Below, one piece after another: positions 16,655-26,226 of a DNA stretch of 34,779 nucleotides (position 1 is its first letter; the number at the start of each line of letters is the position of its first letter). Under the pieces are notes generated by a model. That model did not search any database, was not told the origin of the DNA, and worked only from the letters and a program-made list of their open reading frames with translations. Made by a program: the position numbers and the translations under genes. The stretch spans positions 1-34,779 of the forward strand of contig JANRLW010000045.1 of the NCBI GenBank assembly GCA_033762295.1, given 5' to 3'. Origin of the DNA: Capsulimonadales bacterium. GTDB taxonomy: Bacteria > Armatimonadota > Armatimonadia > Armatimonadales > Armatimonadaceae.

Positions 16655-17803
16655 TCAGGGTCGCGAATCACTGACAAGCGGCATTTCCACCCGGGTCGCT
16701 CCCAGGAAACGGGCGAACTCCTCGACGCGCTGCCGCACGGTCGGGCCGACCGTCGCGACGTCGGTATGCGGCTCCCAGGACAGCGACACAATGTTGAGAG
16801 TGCCCGTTCGGCGGTCGAGTTTCGGGTCGATTCGCCCGACTATTTTATCGCCATAAAGGATCGGAAGCACATAGTAGCCCCATTTTCTTTTTACAACCGG
16901 AGTGTAGACCTCCCAGATGTAATCGAAATCCCAGAGGATACGATTCCGGTCGCGGTCATAGATCAGCGGGTCGAGCGGCGCCAGCAGATGGCACGTCCCG
17001 GTGATCGGAGTCGAGCGGCAATCGAGCAGAAGGGGCAGGTCCTCGGCCAGCACGTGCCACGGGCGTGGGTCGCCTTCGACGGTGATCGCGGCGAAAGCCC
17101 CGGCTCCGAGCAGGTTCCGGTCAAGCGGTTTCAAACGGAACAGACGGCGCGTCCGCAGGCGTTTGCGCGTCAGGTAGGTGACCTCCTCCTCCTCGGTCGG
17201 CAGGGAAGTCGGATCGTCGCCGGGATAGCAGCGGTCCCAGAGATCGAAGTAACGTTCGAAATTCTCCCGTCGGGCGATGCCGAGTTTGCCGTGGAGCCAG
17301 AGCTTTTCGATGACCCGGGCGGCCACGGTGGTACGGGTCCCCCAACCGGAGACGGTATGCCCTTCATCCTGCGCGGCGGACCGGGTTCGCAAGGGGCCGC
17401 GCTCCGCGATATGCGCCAGCAGACGTTCGGCTACCGGTCGCTCCTCCTCGGTCAGCCGTCGCCAGTGCCCCTCGGACTGTTCGCGCTGCCGCATCGCGCG
17501 ACGGAAGTACGGAAGGTCGCGCAGCGGCAGTATGTGAAGGTTCGGGAAGTAGTATTCGAATGCCTGACGTGGGGAACGGTACAATGCCTCGTCAAGAGCG
17601 TCGGGCGAGTAATCGCGGACCCGGAGCCGCAGGATCAGGTCGTGGATGCGCCCGCAGATATTGATGCTGTCCTCCTGCACCGATTCGAGCGCGTCGAGCG
17701 CGGCGGCAACGTTCGGAAGCGACGGCGGACCTTCGAGGGCGAACGCCCGGACGAGAAAACGACGCGCGGCATCCCGCGTGACGGAAACAACCGTTTCGGA
17801 CAT
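16655..17803 (-). CDS. YcaQ/AlkZ-family (HTH_42) crosslink-repair DNA glycosylase
   Basis: VQEDSIN QxD motif, LLAPLDPLIYDR, WEVYTPVVKRKWGYYVLPILYGDKIVGRID. Confidence 0.9.
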   Translation of the reverse strand: MSETVVSVTRDAARRFLVRAFALEGPPSLPNVAAALDALESVQEDSINICGRIHDLILRLRVRDYSPDALDEALYRSPRQAFEYYFPNLHILPLRDLPYFRRAMRQREQSEGHWRRLTEEERPVAERLLAHIAERGPLRTRSAAQDEGHTVSGWGTRTTVAARVIEKLWLHGKLGIARRENFERYFDLWDRCYPGDDPTSLPTEEEEVTYLTRKRLRTRRLFRLKPLDRNLLGAGAFAAITVEGDPRPWHVLAEDLPLLLDCRSTPITGTCHLLAPLDPLIYDRDRNRILWDFDYIWEVYTPVVKRKWGYYVLPILYGDKIVGRIDPKLDRRTGTLNIVSLSWEPHTDVATVGPTVRQRVEEFARFLGATRVEMPLVSDSRP

Positions 17804-17889
17804 AATCCTTATTGTAACACCGTCGCGTCCGGAGGACGGGGGATTGGCGTGCCGTTTTCTCGTACGGGGTCGGAAGGAATCAGAGAGGG

Positions 17890-18840
17890 TCAGAGTTCCG
17901 GTGGGGCGGCCCCGGCGTTCCGCAAGGCCGGAGGAACCCATTTCTTATGGTAATCCAGCCCGTAGGCGTCGGCCATCCGGTTCAGGAACGAGAACAGCGA
18001 CGTGACGAACGCCGTTTCGAAGATCTCCTCGTCCGTCCAGCCCAGTCGGCGAAGCCGGTCCGTATGCGTATCCCGGACCGAGGACGGCTCCAGGGTCAGG
18101 ATTTTGACGTACTCCAGCAGCCCCTGCTCCTTCGCGGTCAGACGAGTCGCCCCGATATCGCCCGTCGTCACCCGGTCCACGTCCTCCGGAGCGAACCCCT
18201 GCTGCACCATGTTTCCCGCATGGCCGGACATGCAGAACTTGCAGCGGTTCAGCGCGGAGACATAGGTCGCGATCATCTCCTTGGTGCGGCGCGGCAGGAA
18301 ACCGTCCTGCATCTGGGATTTCTGCGTCATCTCATGGAACGGCTTCAGATACTCCGGCTTCAGGCTCAGGGTTCGCATAATACCCGGTTGAAGCGGACGC
18401 CCGCCGACGGCGGCGGATGCCGCCTCGAAGAGCGGGGTACCCTCCTCGGCCCAGTCCAACCGCATCACGCCGGACGCCTTCCGAACCGCCTGCTCGATCT
18501 CCGACGGATCGGCACTGCGCGTCACCAGTCGTCCGCGTCGGTCGTAGACCAGTGCGGTCGGCGTGCCCTTGATCTCGTACTGCCGGGTAATCGGCTCCGC
18601 GCCGGTCTTCAGAAGGACGTAACGAACCCCGATATTGCCCTTTCCCATCGCCCGTATCCGTTCGGCAAACTGCGTCTCCAGCGAACTGTCCTTCCGGTAG
18701 AACAGAACGACCGTCGGCTTTTCAGGGACGAGTTTCGCCCGAATATCGGTGACTTCCCCGCCGGAAAGGATGGTACGCGGCGTCTGTGCGTGAACGGAAC
18801 CGCAGATCGTCAGGGCAAGGAGCGTAAGAAACGCCTTCAT
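17890..18840 (-). CDS. Secreted thioredoxin-fold plus AhpD/carboxymuconolactone-decarboxylase-like peroxidase fusion
   Basis: Signal peptide VHA-Q. PTVVLFY...YEIKGTPTALVYDRRG (Trx fold, no CxxC). KEMIATYVSALNRCKFCMSGH, LGWTDEEI, NRMADAYG. Confidence 0.85.
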   Translation of the reverse strand: MKAFLTLLALTICGSVHAQTPRTILSGGEVTDIRAKLVPEKPTVVLFYRKDSSLETQFAERIRAMGKGNIGVRYVLLKTGAEPITRQYEIKGTPTALVYDRRGRLVTRSADPSEIEQAVRKASGVMRLDWAEEGTPLFEAASAAVGGRPLQPGIMRTLSLKPEYLKPFHEMTQKSQMQDGFLPRRTKEMIATYVSALNRCKFCMSGHAGNMVQQGFAPEDVDRVTTGDIGATRLTAKEQGLLEYVKILTLEPSSVRDTHTDRLRRLGWTDEEIFETAFVTSLFSFLNRMADAYGLDYHKKWVPPALRNAGAAPPEL

Positions 18841-18842
18841 GC

Positions 18843-19697
18843 TCAGTCCTCCCGGAACCAGACGGACGCGTTCGGGGCGAGCGATTTGCGCCACGCGACG
18901 CCGGATTCGCCCGCGGCGCGCCAGGAAGACCCCGGACCCCGGTACCACTTCACATGGCCGTCGGCCAGGGCATAGACCGAACCGCCGCTATGACGATAAC
19001 GCGCCGCGCAGTAGATTGCCGAGATGCCGTTGATCGGGCCGGTAATGGCCGGATAACCCTGTTCGCGTCCGGTGCAACCGGTCGTACGATCGTCGCCGCC
19101 GAGGGCCGGAACGTACCCCAGCCCTTCCATGAACAGGACGACCTGTGCCGGTGCCTGTACGCCGCCCAGGCCGGTCGGCTTGCCCGGAAAATGTCCGAAG
19201 CTCGCGAAGTTGGGATGCCAGATCGGAATCAGGTTTCCGTTGGCCATGTAGCTGTAGGCGGGGGAGTAGCTGGCGGCGGGGAACGGGCCGGGAGTCGGAT
19301 CGCCGGATTGCGTCGGCACGGCCTTATTGCCGATCGACGGACAGATCCACAGGGGGGCGAGGGTCCGCTGTGACGCCACCCCGTTCAGGATCACCCCTCT
19401 TGCTCCGATCTTGACGTAGGGTTCCACCAGGTCGTACCAGGAGACGAGCGGCTGACCGGGAGTGCTGTAGGCGGCCAGCGGAAGGTATTCATCGTAGTCC
19501 TGGGCGTACATCAGAGCGGCCAGCGCCGCCTGCTTCATGTTGGACGTACAGGACGTTTGCCGGGCTTTCTCCCGCGCCTGGGCGAAGACGGGAAACAGGA
19601 TGGCGGCCAGAATGGCGATGATGGCGATAACTACAAGGAGTTCGATCAGCGTAAACGCCGACCGGGAGGCGGTTCGATTCGCGATGATTGCGGTCAT
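18843..19697 (-). CDS. Prepilin-type N-terminal cleavage/methylation DUF1559 protein with H-X9-DG C-terminal motif
   Basis: [37 protein letters not shown] and [17 protein letters not shown]. Confidence 0.95.
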   Translation of the reverse strand: MTAIIANRTASRSAFTLIELLVVIAIIAILAAILFPVFAQAREKARQTSCTSNMKQAALAALMYAQDYDEYLPLAAYSTPGQPLVSWYDLVEPYVKIGARGVILNGVASQRTLAPLWICPSIGNKAVPTQSGDPTPGPFPAASYSPAYSYMANGNLIPIWHPNFASFGHFPGKPTGLGGVQAPAQVVLFMEGLGYVPALGGDDRTTGCTGREQGYPAITGPINGISAIYCAARYRHSGGSVYALADGHVKWYRGPGSSWRAAGESGVAWRKSLAPNASVWFRED

Positions 19698-19886
19698 AAT
19701 AAAGCCGGGATTCCTTCGTCGGATTTCGGAAGTGCAGGAAATGTCGACTCACTGTATCATTCGTCGCTTGATCTGCCGAATTCCGAACGGTCCAACACAG
19801 GGTTCCGACTTCCTCGAAAGTCTGCCCGGTCTTCGGGAGGACGGGACGGGAAGGAAATCCGCGCGGCGGGACGGAACGTCGATACC

Positions 19887-20810
19887 ATGAGTGTCGCTTT
19901 TTCCCCGAATATCGTCGTCGTCGGCAGTGCGAACACCGATCTCGTGGTCGATGTGTCCCATATCCCGCGGCCGGGCGAAACGATTCTCGGCGGCGACCTG
20001 GCGACGATTCCGGGCGGAAAAGGGGCGAACCAGGCGGTCGCGGCGGCGCGTCTCGGAGGAAACGTTCGCTTTATCGCGCGGGTCGGGGACGATGCCTACG
20101 GGGCGGCGGCAATAGAGGGCTACCGGCGGGACGGGATCGACACGACGTTCGTTTCCGTGACGTCGGGCGTTCCTTCCGGTGTCGCGCTGATCACGGTGGA
20201 CCGGACGAGCGGACAGAACGCGATTGTCGTGGCTCCCGGCGCGAACGCGCATCTTTCCCCGGAGGATATCGACCGCGCCCGTTCCGCCTTCGAGGACGCC
20301 GCGCTGGTCGTCGCCTCGCTGGAAGTACCGATCGAAACGGTCGTCCGCGCCGCCGAACGGGCCGCCGAGAGGCGGATTCCGTTCCTGCTCAACCCGGCCC
20401 CGGCTCGTCCGCTCCCGCCGAACCTGCTCACCCTCACGACCGTTTTCACGCCCAACGAGACCGAGGCCGCGCAGATCCTGGGTATTCCACCCGAGAGCCG
20501 ATCCCCGGCGGAGATGGCCGTCGCCCTGCGCGATCCGGGCATCCGGACCGTCGTCGTCACGGTTGGCCGGGACGGCGCGGTCGTCGCCGACGGAACGGAA
20601 ACGACCGTCGTGCCGGGAATCCCCGTTACGGCGATCGATACGGTGGCGGCGGGCGACTGCTTCACCGGGGCGCTGGCCGTCCGTCTCGCCTCCGGAGTCG
20701 CTCTGCTCGACGCCGTCGGGTATGCCAACCGCGCCGCCGCCCTGAAGGTCACCCGGCGCGGTGCGCAGCCCGGTCTGCCGACCGCCGCCGAAGTCGAAGC
20801 GTTCGGGTGA
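19887..20810 (+). CDS. rbsK: Ribokinase
   Basis: VVGSANTD, PGGKGANQAVAAARLG, NPAPA, PNETEA, DTVAAGDCF. Confidence 0.93.
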   Translation: MSVAFSPNIVVVGSANTDLVVDVSHIPRPGETILGGDLATIPGGKGANQAVAAARLGGNVRFIARVGDDAYGAAAIEGYRRDGIDTTFVSVTSGVPSGVALITVDRTSGQNAIVVAPGANAHLSPEDIDRARSAFEDAALVVASLEVPIETVVRAAERAAERRIPFLLNPAPARPLPPNLLTLTTVFTPNETEAAQILGIPPESRSPAEMAVALRDPGIRTVVVTVGRDGAVVADGTETTVVPGIPVTAIDTVAAGDCFTGALAVRLASGVALLDAVGYANRAAALKVTRRGAQPGLPTAAEVEAFG

Positions 20811-20863
20811 ATTTTCCGGACCCGCGTGATCTCCGGTTCCCCGGAGGACTCTCTAACGCGGAA

Positions 20864-21466
20864 ATGGAAAAACGACCGACGATATCCCTGCCGCCGACGG
20901 TCTATCCGCACCTGAGCGACCGGCAACTGGTGGAGTTCACTTGCCTTGGCCTGACCGATGCCTACGATGAACTGGTGCGACGATACCGGGCGGCGGTCTG
21001 CCTGACGGCGGCCCGGTTCGTCCGCCCGGACTCGGCGCAGGATGTCGCCCAGGAGGTCTTCCTGGCGGCGTTCCATGCGCTGGCGCAACTGGAGGACCCG
21101 GCCAGGTTCGGCGGGTGGCTCCGCGCCATCGCCCGGCACCGCGCCGAACGCTGGGGACGTCGGGAGCGGCGGCAGTCGCCGACGGAATCCCCGGTTCTCG
21201 AACGGCATCTTCAGGAGCGTTCGACAGCGGAGAACGATGGCAACCCGGAGCGTCTCCAACTGGAAGAGGAGCGAAAGCACGCCATTCTGTGTGCGATCCG
21301 CCGCCTGTCCGAGAACCATCGGGAAGTGATTCTTCTGCATTACCACGAGGAATGGCCTCTCGCCCGGATCGCCGCTTACCTTTCCGTTTCCGAAACGGTG
21401 GTGCGAGGACGGCTGTTCCGCGCCCGCGCCGCCCTGCGCGCCCTTCTGACGGAAGAAAGGAAATAG
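20864..21466 (+). CDS. ECF sigma-70 factor (start uncertain, 20807 or 20864)
   Basis: AQDVAQEVFL...FGGWLRAIAR (region 2). REVILLHY...IAAYLSVSETVVRGRLFRAR (region 4). Confidence 0.9.
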   Translation: MEKRPTISLPPTVYPHLSDRQLVEFTCLGLTDAYDELVRRYRAAVCLTAARFVRPDSAQDVAQEVFLAAFHALAQLEDPARFGGWLRAIARHRAERWGRRERRQSPTESPVLERHLQERSTAENDGNPERLQLEEERKHAILCAIRRLSENHREVILLHYHEEWPLARIAAYLSVSETVVRGRLFRARAALRALLTEERK

Positions 21467-21478
21467 ACGGTTCCTACC

Positions 21479-22051
21479 ATGGAAAAACAACCTGAAATCG
21501 GACGCTATCGGCGTCTACTGAAACAGATCTCCAAAATCGCGACCGAGGCCAGCATGACCGGCGCGTTGAGCGACGGCAACCCGGTGGCGATCGAGCAGTA
21601 TAATCGGATCCTCGAACGGTTGAGCGCGAAGGGGTTCGATCCGGACGGTCTGTTCCCGCCCTTGCCGGAGGACGCCTCCTTCGATCGGGTCGGTGTCGCC
21701 GCCGAAATGCTCTCCGCTTATCTCGTGGAAGACGAGGGGGAAAGCCCTGCGACGCGGCTGCCGAACATCGTTATCGGTAACCTGGGCAGCCTGAGCGAAC
21801 TGGAAAAGCTCAAGGACCTGGGCAAGCAGATCCGTGAGAACCTGCCGGAGTGGATGCGCGAGAAGGAAGCGGGGGACGCCGATCGAATGCGGGCCGAAGC
21901 GGACCGGATTCAAGCGGAGGCCGATCGGATGCGGGCGGAAGCCGACCGCCTGCGGGCGAACGCCCGGCGGGCAGGGGCGAGCGACGACAGTGAGGCGGAA
22001 ACGGTCAGGGCGAATCCGGACGCGATCCCGATGCCGGACCTCGCCCGGTAA
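21479..22051 (+). CDS. Hypothetical protein with heptad coiled-coil repeats, co-transcribed with the ECF sigma factor
   Basis: Starts 12 nt after the sigma stop. Four (D/E)ADRxxA repeats. Confidence 0.75.
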   Translation: MEKQPEIGRYRRLLKQISKIATEASMTGALSDGNPVAIEQYNRILERLSAKGFDPDGLFPPLPEDASFDRVGVAAEMLSAYLVEDEGESPATRLPNIVIGNLGSLSELEKLKDLGKQIRENLPEWMREKEAGDADRMRAEADRIQAEADRMRAEADRLRANARRAGASDDSEAETVRANPDAIPMPDLAR

Positions 22052-22055
22052 ACCG

Positions 22056-23600
22056 TTAATCGGAGCGTTTCCCGCCGACATAGACCGCGTCGACGGAGAG
22101 CGAACGCAACTCGTTCTCCGTCAGGCGGCACGGATCGGCGGGGAGCACGACAAAATCCGCGAGTTTACCCGCCTCGATCGTTCCCAGGCGATCCTCCTGA
22201 TGCAGGGCATAATGGCTGCCGTGGCAGTAGGCCCGCAGTGCCTCCTCCGGCGTCAGCCGTTCGCCCGAGGACCAGGGGTGACGGAAGATGGCGGCGGTGA
22301 GGCAGGCGAACGCGTCCGGTTTCTCCACCGGGCAGTCCGACGACAGGGCGAGCGGAATCCCCGCCTGCAGCATCGAGCGAAACGGGTAGGCCCAGCCATG
22401 CCGCGCCGCGCCCACTCGCTCGCCGGTCCAGGTGTCGGAGGTGACGAACTGTGGCTGGACGACGGCGAGGATACGGCGTTGCGCCATCCGTTCGAGAAGG
22501 TCGGGCGGAAGCAGGCTCACGTGCTCGATCCGATGACGGTGCCAGGTATTGTCACCCTCGGGGCCGAGCGCCTGTTCGATCGCCGTCACCGTCTCGCGTA
22601 CCGCCTGATCCCCGATCGCATGGATGACGATCTGAAACCCGCGCCGTTGAGCGTCCGCCGTCTTCGCTTTCAGGTCTTCCGGATCGTAGATGCGAATGCC
22701 TGCCTCGCCGTCCGGCGGTCCGGCGATATCGGAGTAGGGGGCGGAGAGCAGTGCGGTACGCGCGCCCAGAGAGCCGTCCGAGAAGAGTTTCGCCCCGCCG
22801 AACCGCAGCCATTCATCGCCGAAGGTGGTGTTCACGCCCCGTTCGTGCAGACCGGCGATACTGGCGTACGGCGGCATGCCGGTGACGCGCAACGGCAGCC
22901 GGCCTTTTCGACGCAGACGGGCATAGATGCCCATCTGATCGGGCGTATCGAGCAGGGTACCGACACTCGTGATGCCGGTGCGTAGCAGGAGACGGGCGGC
23001 ACGCAGGACGGCGGCCTCCTCCTCGGCTTCGGAAAGCGGCGGAATTCGTCGGTAAAACGCCGAAATGCTGCCCTCGGTAAAGAGTCCGGTTTCCGTATCG
23101 CCTGCGTCCCGCTCCTCCGGCGTCAGCCGTTCGATCGCCACCGAGTTGGCGACGGCGGCGTGTCCGCAAACACGGGAGATGACGATCGGGCGGGCGCGGG
23201 AGACGCGGTCGAGGTCGGCGCGGGTCGGGAACGCTCCCTGCGGCATTTTGTCCTGATCGAACCCGTGGCCCCGAATCCAGGGGCCGTCGTAGCGGTCCGC
23301 GTGCTCCGAAAGGCGCATCAGAATCTCGTCGACCGTGCGGCATCCGACCAGATCGGCCGTCCGCGTCAGGTCGTTCGCGAACCAGGCCAGATGCAGATGC
23401 GAGTCGCAGAACCCCGGCGTCACCGTCTTGCCGGTCAGGTCGAGACGAACGGTGTTCGGACCGGCGAGCGGCAGGATTTCGGCATCCGCACCGACGGCGA
23501 CGAACTTGCCGTCCCGGACGGCAAAGGCGGATGCGAGGGAACCGGCGGAATCACCGACACGGACGTTCCCGCCGATGGCGATCAGGTCGGCGGACAGCAT
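22056..23600 (-). CDS. Amidohydrolase 3 (YtcJ-like)
   Basis: PGFCDSHLH, KLFSDGSLGARTA, IHAIGD, RHRIEH, SSDCP, GKLADFVVL. Confidence 0.93.
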   Translation of the reverse strand: MLSADLIAIGGNVRVGDSAGSLASAFAVRDGKFVAVGADAEILPLAGPNTVRLDLTGKTVTPGFCDSHLHLAWFANDLTRTADLVGCRTVDEILMRLSEHADRYDGPWIRGHGFDQDKMPQGAFPTRADLDRVSRARPIVISRVCGHAAVANSVAIERLTPEERDAGDTETGLFTEGSISAFYRRIPPLSEAEEEAAVLRAARLLLRTGITSVGTLLDTPDQMGIYARLRRKGRLPLRVTGMPPYASIAGLHERGVNTTFGDEWLRFGGAKLFSDGSLGARTALLSAPYSDIAGPPDGEAGIRIYDPEDLKAKTADAQRRGFQIVIHAIGDQAVRETVTAIEQALGPEGDNTWHRHRIEHVSLLPPDLLERMAQRRILAVVQPQFVTSDTWTGERVGAARHGWAYPFRSMLQAGIPLALSSDCPVEKPDAFACLTAAIFRHPWSSGERLTPEEALRAYCHGSHYALHQEDRLGTIEAGKLADFVVLPADPCRLTENELRSLSVDAVYVGGKRSD

Positions 23601-23601
23601 C

Positions 23602-24876
23602 TCAGGGGGTCACCTCACCGCCGCGTTCCGGGTCGAGGAACTCCTCCGGCGAGAAGCCACGGCGTTGATTCCTCCGGAAATAATCGTCCGGCATCGTGTC
23701 CAGCGTCACCAGGGTGTCGAACTCCTGTCCGTTGCGCCAGATTCGCAGGGTCAACCGGTCGCCCACCTCATGCTCCAGCACGGTCGCGCGGACCGTCCGC
23801 GCGTCCTCGACCATTCGTCCGTCGATGGCGCGGATCACATCGTATTCGCGCAGTCCGGCCCGGTCGGCGGGGGAGTTCCGGAGGACCGCCGCTCCCTCGC
23901 CCCGCTGCCGGAAGACCATCGCTCCCCGGCCGTCCTCGGGAAGAGTGACTTCGTCGGGAAGCGCCTCTTTTTCCACATTGTCCACCCGCACATAGGCAAC
24001 GCCGAGATACGGGCGGACGACCTTGCCCTTTTGAATCAGCTGCTCGATGACCCGCCGGGCGGCATTGATCGGGATGGCGAAGCCGATACCGACGCTGCCT
24101 CCGTTCTGCGACGCGATCGCCGTGTTGATTCCGATGATGTTGCCCTCGATGTCGGCAAGCGCGCCGCCGGAGTTACCGGGGTTAATCGCGGCATCGGTCT
24201 GAATGACGCGGTCCAGGGCGCTGGTATCGGAGCGGGAGTAGGAGCGATTGAGCGCCGAGATGATGCCGAGGGTGACGGTGGAGTTGAATCCGAGCGGATT
24301 TCCGACCGCGATCGCCCAGTCCCCGACCCGGAGCGATTCGGAATCGCCCAGTTCCGCCGTCGGCAGGTGGCGCGCGCCATGGATCTTGAGAACGGCCAGG
24401 TCGGTGGCGGGATCGCGACCGACGACCGAAACGTTGGTAAACTCCCGTCCGCTGTCGAGTTTGACCGAAATGGCGCCCTCGCCACGCTCGGCAATCGGGG
24501 CCACCACATGGTTGTTGGTCACCACATAACCGTCGGCCGACAGGAGAATGCCGGACCCCGATCCCTCGAACGGTTCCGAACGGCCGGGCCGAAGGAAGGC
24601 GAACGGGCCGGAACGTCCTTTGCGAACCCCGGTGATCTCGATATTGACGACCGCCGGTTCGACCCGCGCGGCGGCGTCGGCGACGGAGGGGAGACCGCCG
24701 CCCGGGCCGGCCAGGGGGGCGGGGTTTTTCGCGCCGGAGACCGGACGGAGGAGGCCGCCGCGCGTGCCGGATCGAGGATCGGTCGGCTTGCCGGTCAGGC
24801 GCAGAACGCCCGCGCAGGCGGCGAACCCGGCGATGAAGACGGCCATATAACCGACGACTTTTCGAAACTCGGTCAC
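23602..24876 (-). CDS. Membrane-anchored HtrA/DegP serine protease with PDZ domain
   Basis: N-terminal transmembrane helix. GSGSG, VTNNHVV, TDAAINPGNSGG. Confidence 0.93.
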   Translation of the reverse strand: MTEFRKVVGYMAVFIAGFAACAGVLRLTGKPTDPRSGTRGGLLRPVSGAKNPAPLAGPGGGLPSVADAAARVEPAVVNIEITGVRKGRSGPFAFLRPGRSEPFEGSGSGILLSADGYVVTNNHVVAPIAERGEGAISVKLDSGREFTNVSVVGRDPATDLAVLKIHGARHLPTAELGDSESLRVGDWAIAVGNPLGFNSTVTLGIISALNRSYSRSDTSALDRVIQTDAAINPGNSGGALADIEGNIIGINTAIASQNGGSVGIGFAIPINAARRVIEQLIQKGKVVRPYLGVAYVRVDNVEKEALPDEVTLPEDGRGAMVFRQRGEGAAVLRNSPADRAGLREYDVIRAIDGRMVEDARTVRATVLEHEVGDRLTLRIWRNGQEFDTLVTLDTMPDDYFRRNQRRGFSPEEFLDPERGGEVTP

Positions 24877-24879
24877 GAT

Positions 24880-26025
24880 CTACTCGGCTCCCTCCGGGAA
24901 CGGTTGGGCGACGGTCGGGGTCGGCAGCGGGCGAACGCGTCCCTCCCGGTCGAGATAGCGGGCGTAGTCCTCAGTGAAGTATTGAACGCGCACTTTTTTA
25001 TATTCTTTGGTCGAGTAGAGCAGGGCGCCACTTTCCAGACCGGTCGCATGGGCGATCTCCCGGACGACGGTCAGGCAGTCCTCTTCGCTCTGTCCGTGAA
25101 CCATCGTGAACAGGGGATAGGGCCAGTCCTCGTAGGTGGGTCGCCGGTAACAGTGGGAGACGGATTTGAACGTGGCCATGGTTTTGCCGCACTCCTCAAT
25201 CCGCTCCTCCGGGCACTCCCAGACGGCCATGCAATTGTAAGCGAACCCGGCATCCCGGTGATGGAGGACGGCGGCGAACCGGCGCATTTTCCCCTCTTCC
25301 AGGAAGCGATTCGCCTGCGCGAGCAGCTCCTCGACCGTGATATCGACATTGGCGGCCAGTTCGGCGAACGGCTCCGCCGTCAAAGGCAGGTCCTTTTGCA
25401 GTTCGCGAATCAGGGCGATATCGGTCTCGGTCAGCGTGAGATCGCGGGTACGGTGTCGTTTCCGCGCCTCGGGCGCCTCACGTTCGGTCCGGTTCTTTTC
25501 GCCGGTCATATCCATGGTGACCCCGATCTTGTACAGTTTCAGGGTCGGGAGCGGCCAGGTGCGTTCGGCCCCTGCCTTTTTTGCCAGGTGGTCGATCTCC
25601 TCCTGCAGATCCATGCCGGGGGGCAGGGTGAGGGTGAACCAGAGGTTATAGGCATGAGAGCGGCGATAGTTATGGGAGACGCCGGGGTGTTCGTTGATGA
25701 TGGCGGCGGCTTCCTCCTCACGGGCGGGATCGACCTTCATCGCGACGAGGGAACCGGTGTAACCGAGCATGCGGGAGTCAAAGATAGCCGAAATCTGTCG
25801 GATGATGTGTCCGGCCTTGAGCCGGGTGACACGGGACAGCGTTTCGTCCTCGGTCAGGCCCAGACGCCGTCCCAGTTCGGCGAACGGGCGGGCGACCAGC
25901 GGAAAGTCCTCCTGAAGAATGTTGAGCAGACGTCGGTCGGTCTCATCCATCTCCTGAGCGGGCGCGGTCGGAACGAAATCCTCGGGCAGGGTCGTCGTTG
26001 TCGGCGGGGTCAAAGTCTCGGGCAT
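24880..26025 (-). CDS. ahbAB: Fused siroheme decarboxylase AhbA/AhbB (NirDL-like, tandem Lrp/AsnC folds)
   Basis: LQEDFPLVARPF, HPGVSHNYRR...YNLWFTL. Second repeat VSHCYRR...WPYPLFTMVH and STKEYKK. Confidence 0.88.
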   Translation of the reverse strand: MPETLTPPTTTTLPEDFVPTAPAQEMDETDRRLLNILQEDFPLVARPFAELGRRLGLTEDETLSRVTRLKAGHIIRQISAIFDSRMLGYTGSLVAMKVDPAREEEAAAIINEHPGVSHNYRRSHAYNLWFTLTLPPGMDLQEEIDHLAKKAGAERTWPLPTLKLYKIGVTMDMTGEKNRTEREAPEARKRHRTRDLTLTETDIALIRELQKDLPLTAEPFAELAANVDITVEELLAQANRFLEEGKMRRFAAVLHHRDAGFAYNCMAVWECPEERIEECGKTMATFKSVSHCYRRPTYEDWPYPLFTMVHGQSEEDCLTVVREIAHATGLESGALLYSTKEYKKVRVQYFTEDYARYLDREGRVRPLPTPTVAQPFPEGAE

Positions 26026-26226
26026 GTGCAAAACCTCTGCTCTATCATACCGCGTCAGGAGGAACGATATGAGGAACGATATTCGGAAATCCGTATGTCC
26101 GAGGAAGAGAACCACACGATCGCGGAGGAGTTGATGAGAACGGCGTCGACCTGACTCATTGACCGTTGCGGCAGAACGTTTGCAAAAACCGGAGGCGAGT
26201 CGCCTCCTAATCCGATTCTCGCGCAC

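Noticed and set aside
18220..18245. Selenocysteine in the AhpD-like CxxC
   Set aside because: Both codons are TGC; there is no in-frame TGA.
21875..21958. 21-bp tandem repeats as a possible CRISPR or VNTR element
   Set aside because: In-frame coding heptads without spacers. No CRISPR array or cas genes are visible in the window.
23335..26154. 939-aa plus-strand ORF
   Set aside because: Antisense shadow of htrA and ahbAB.
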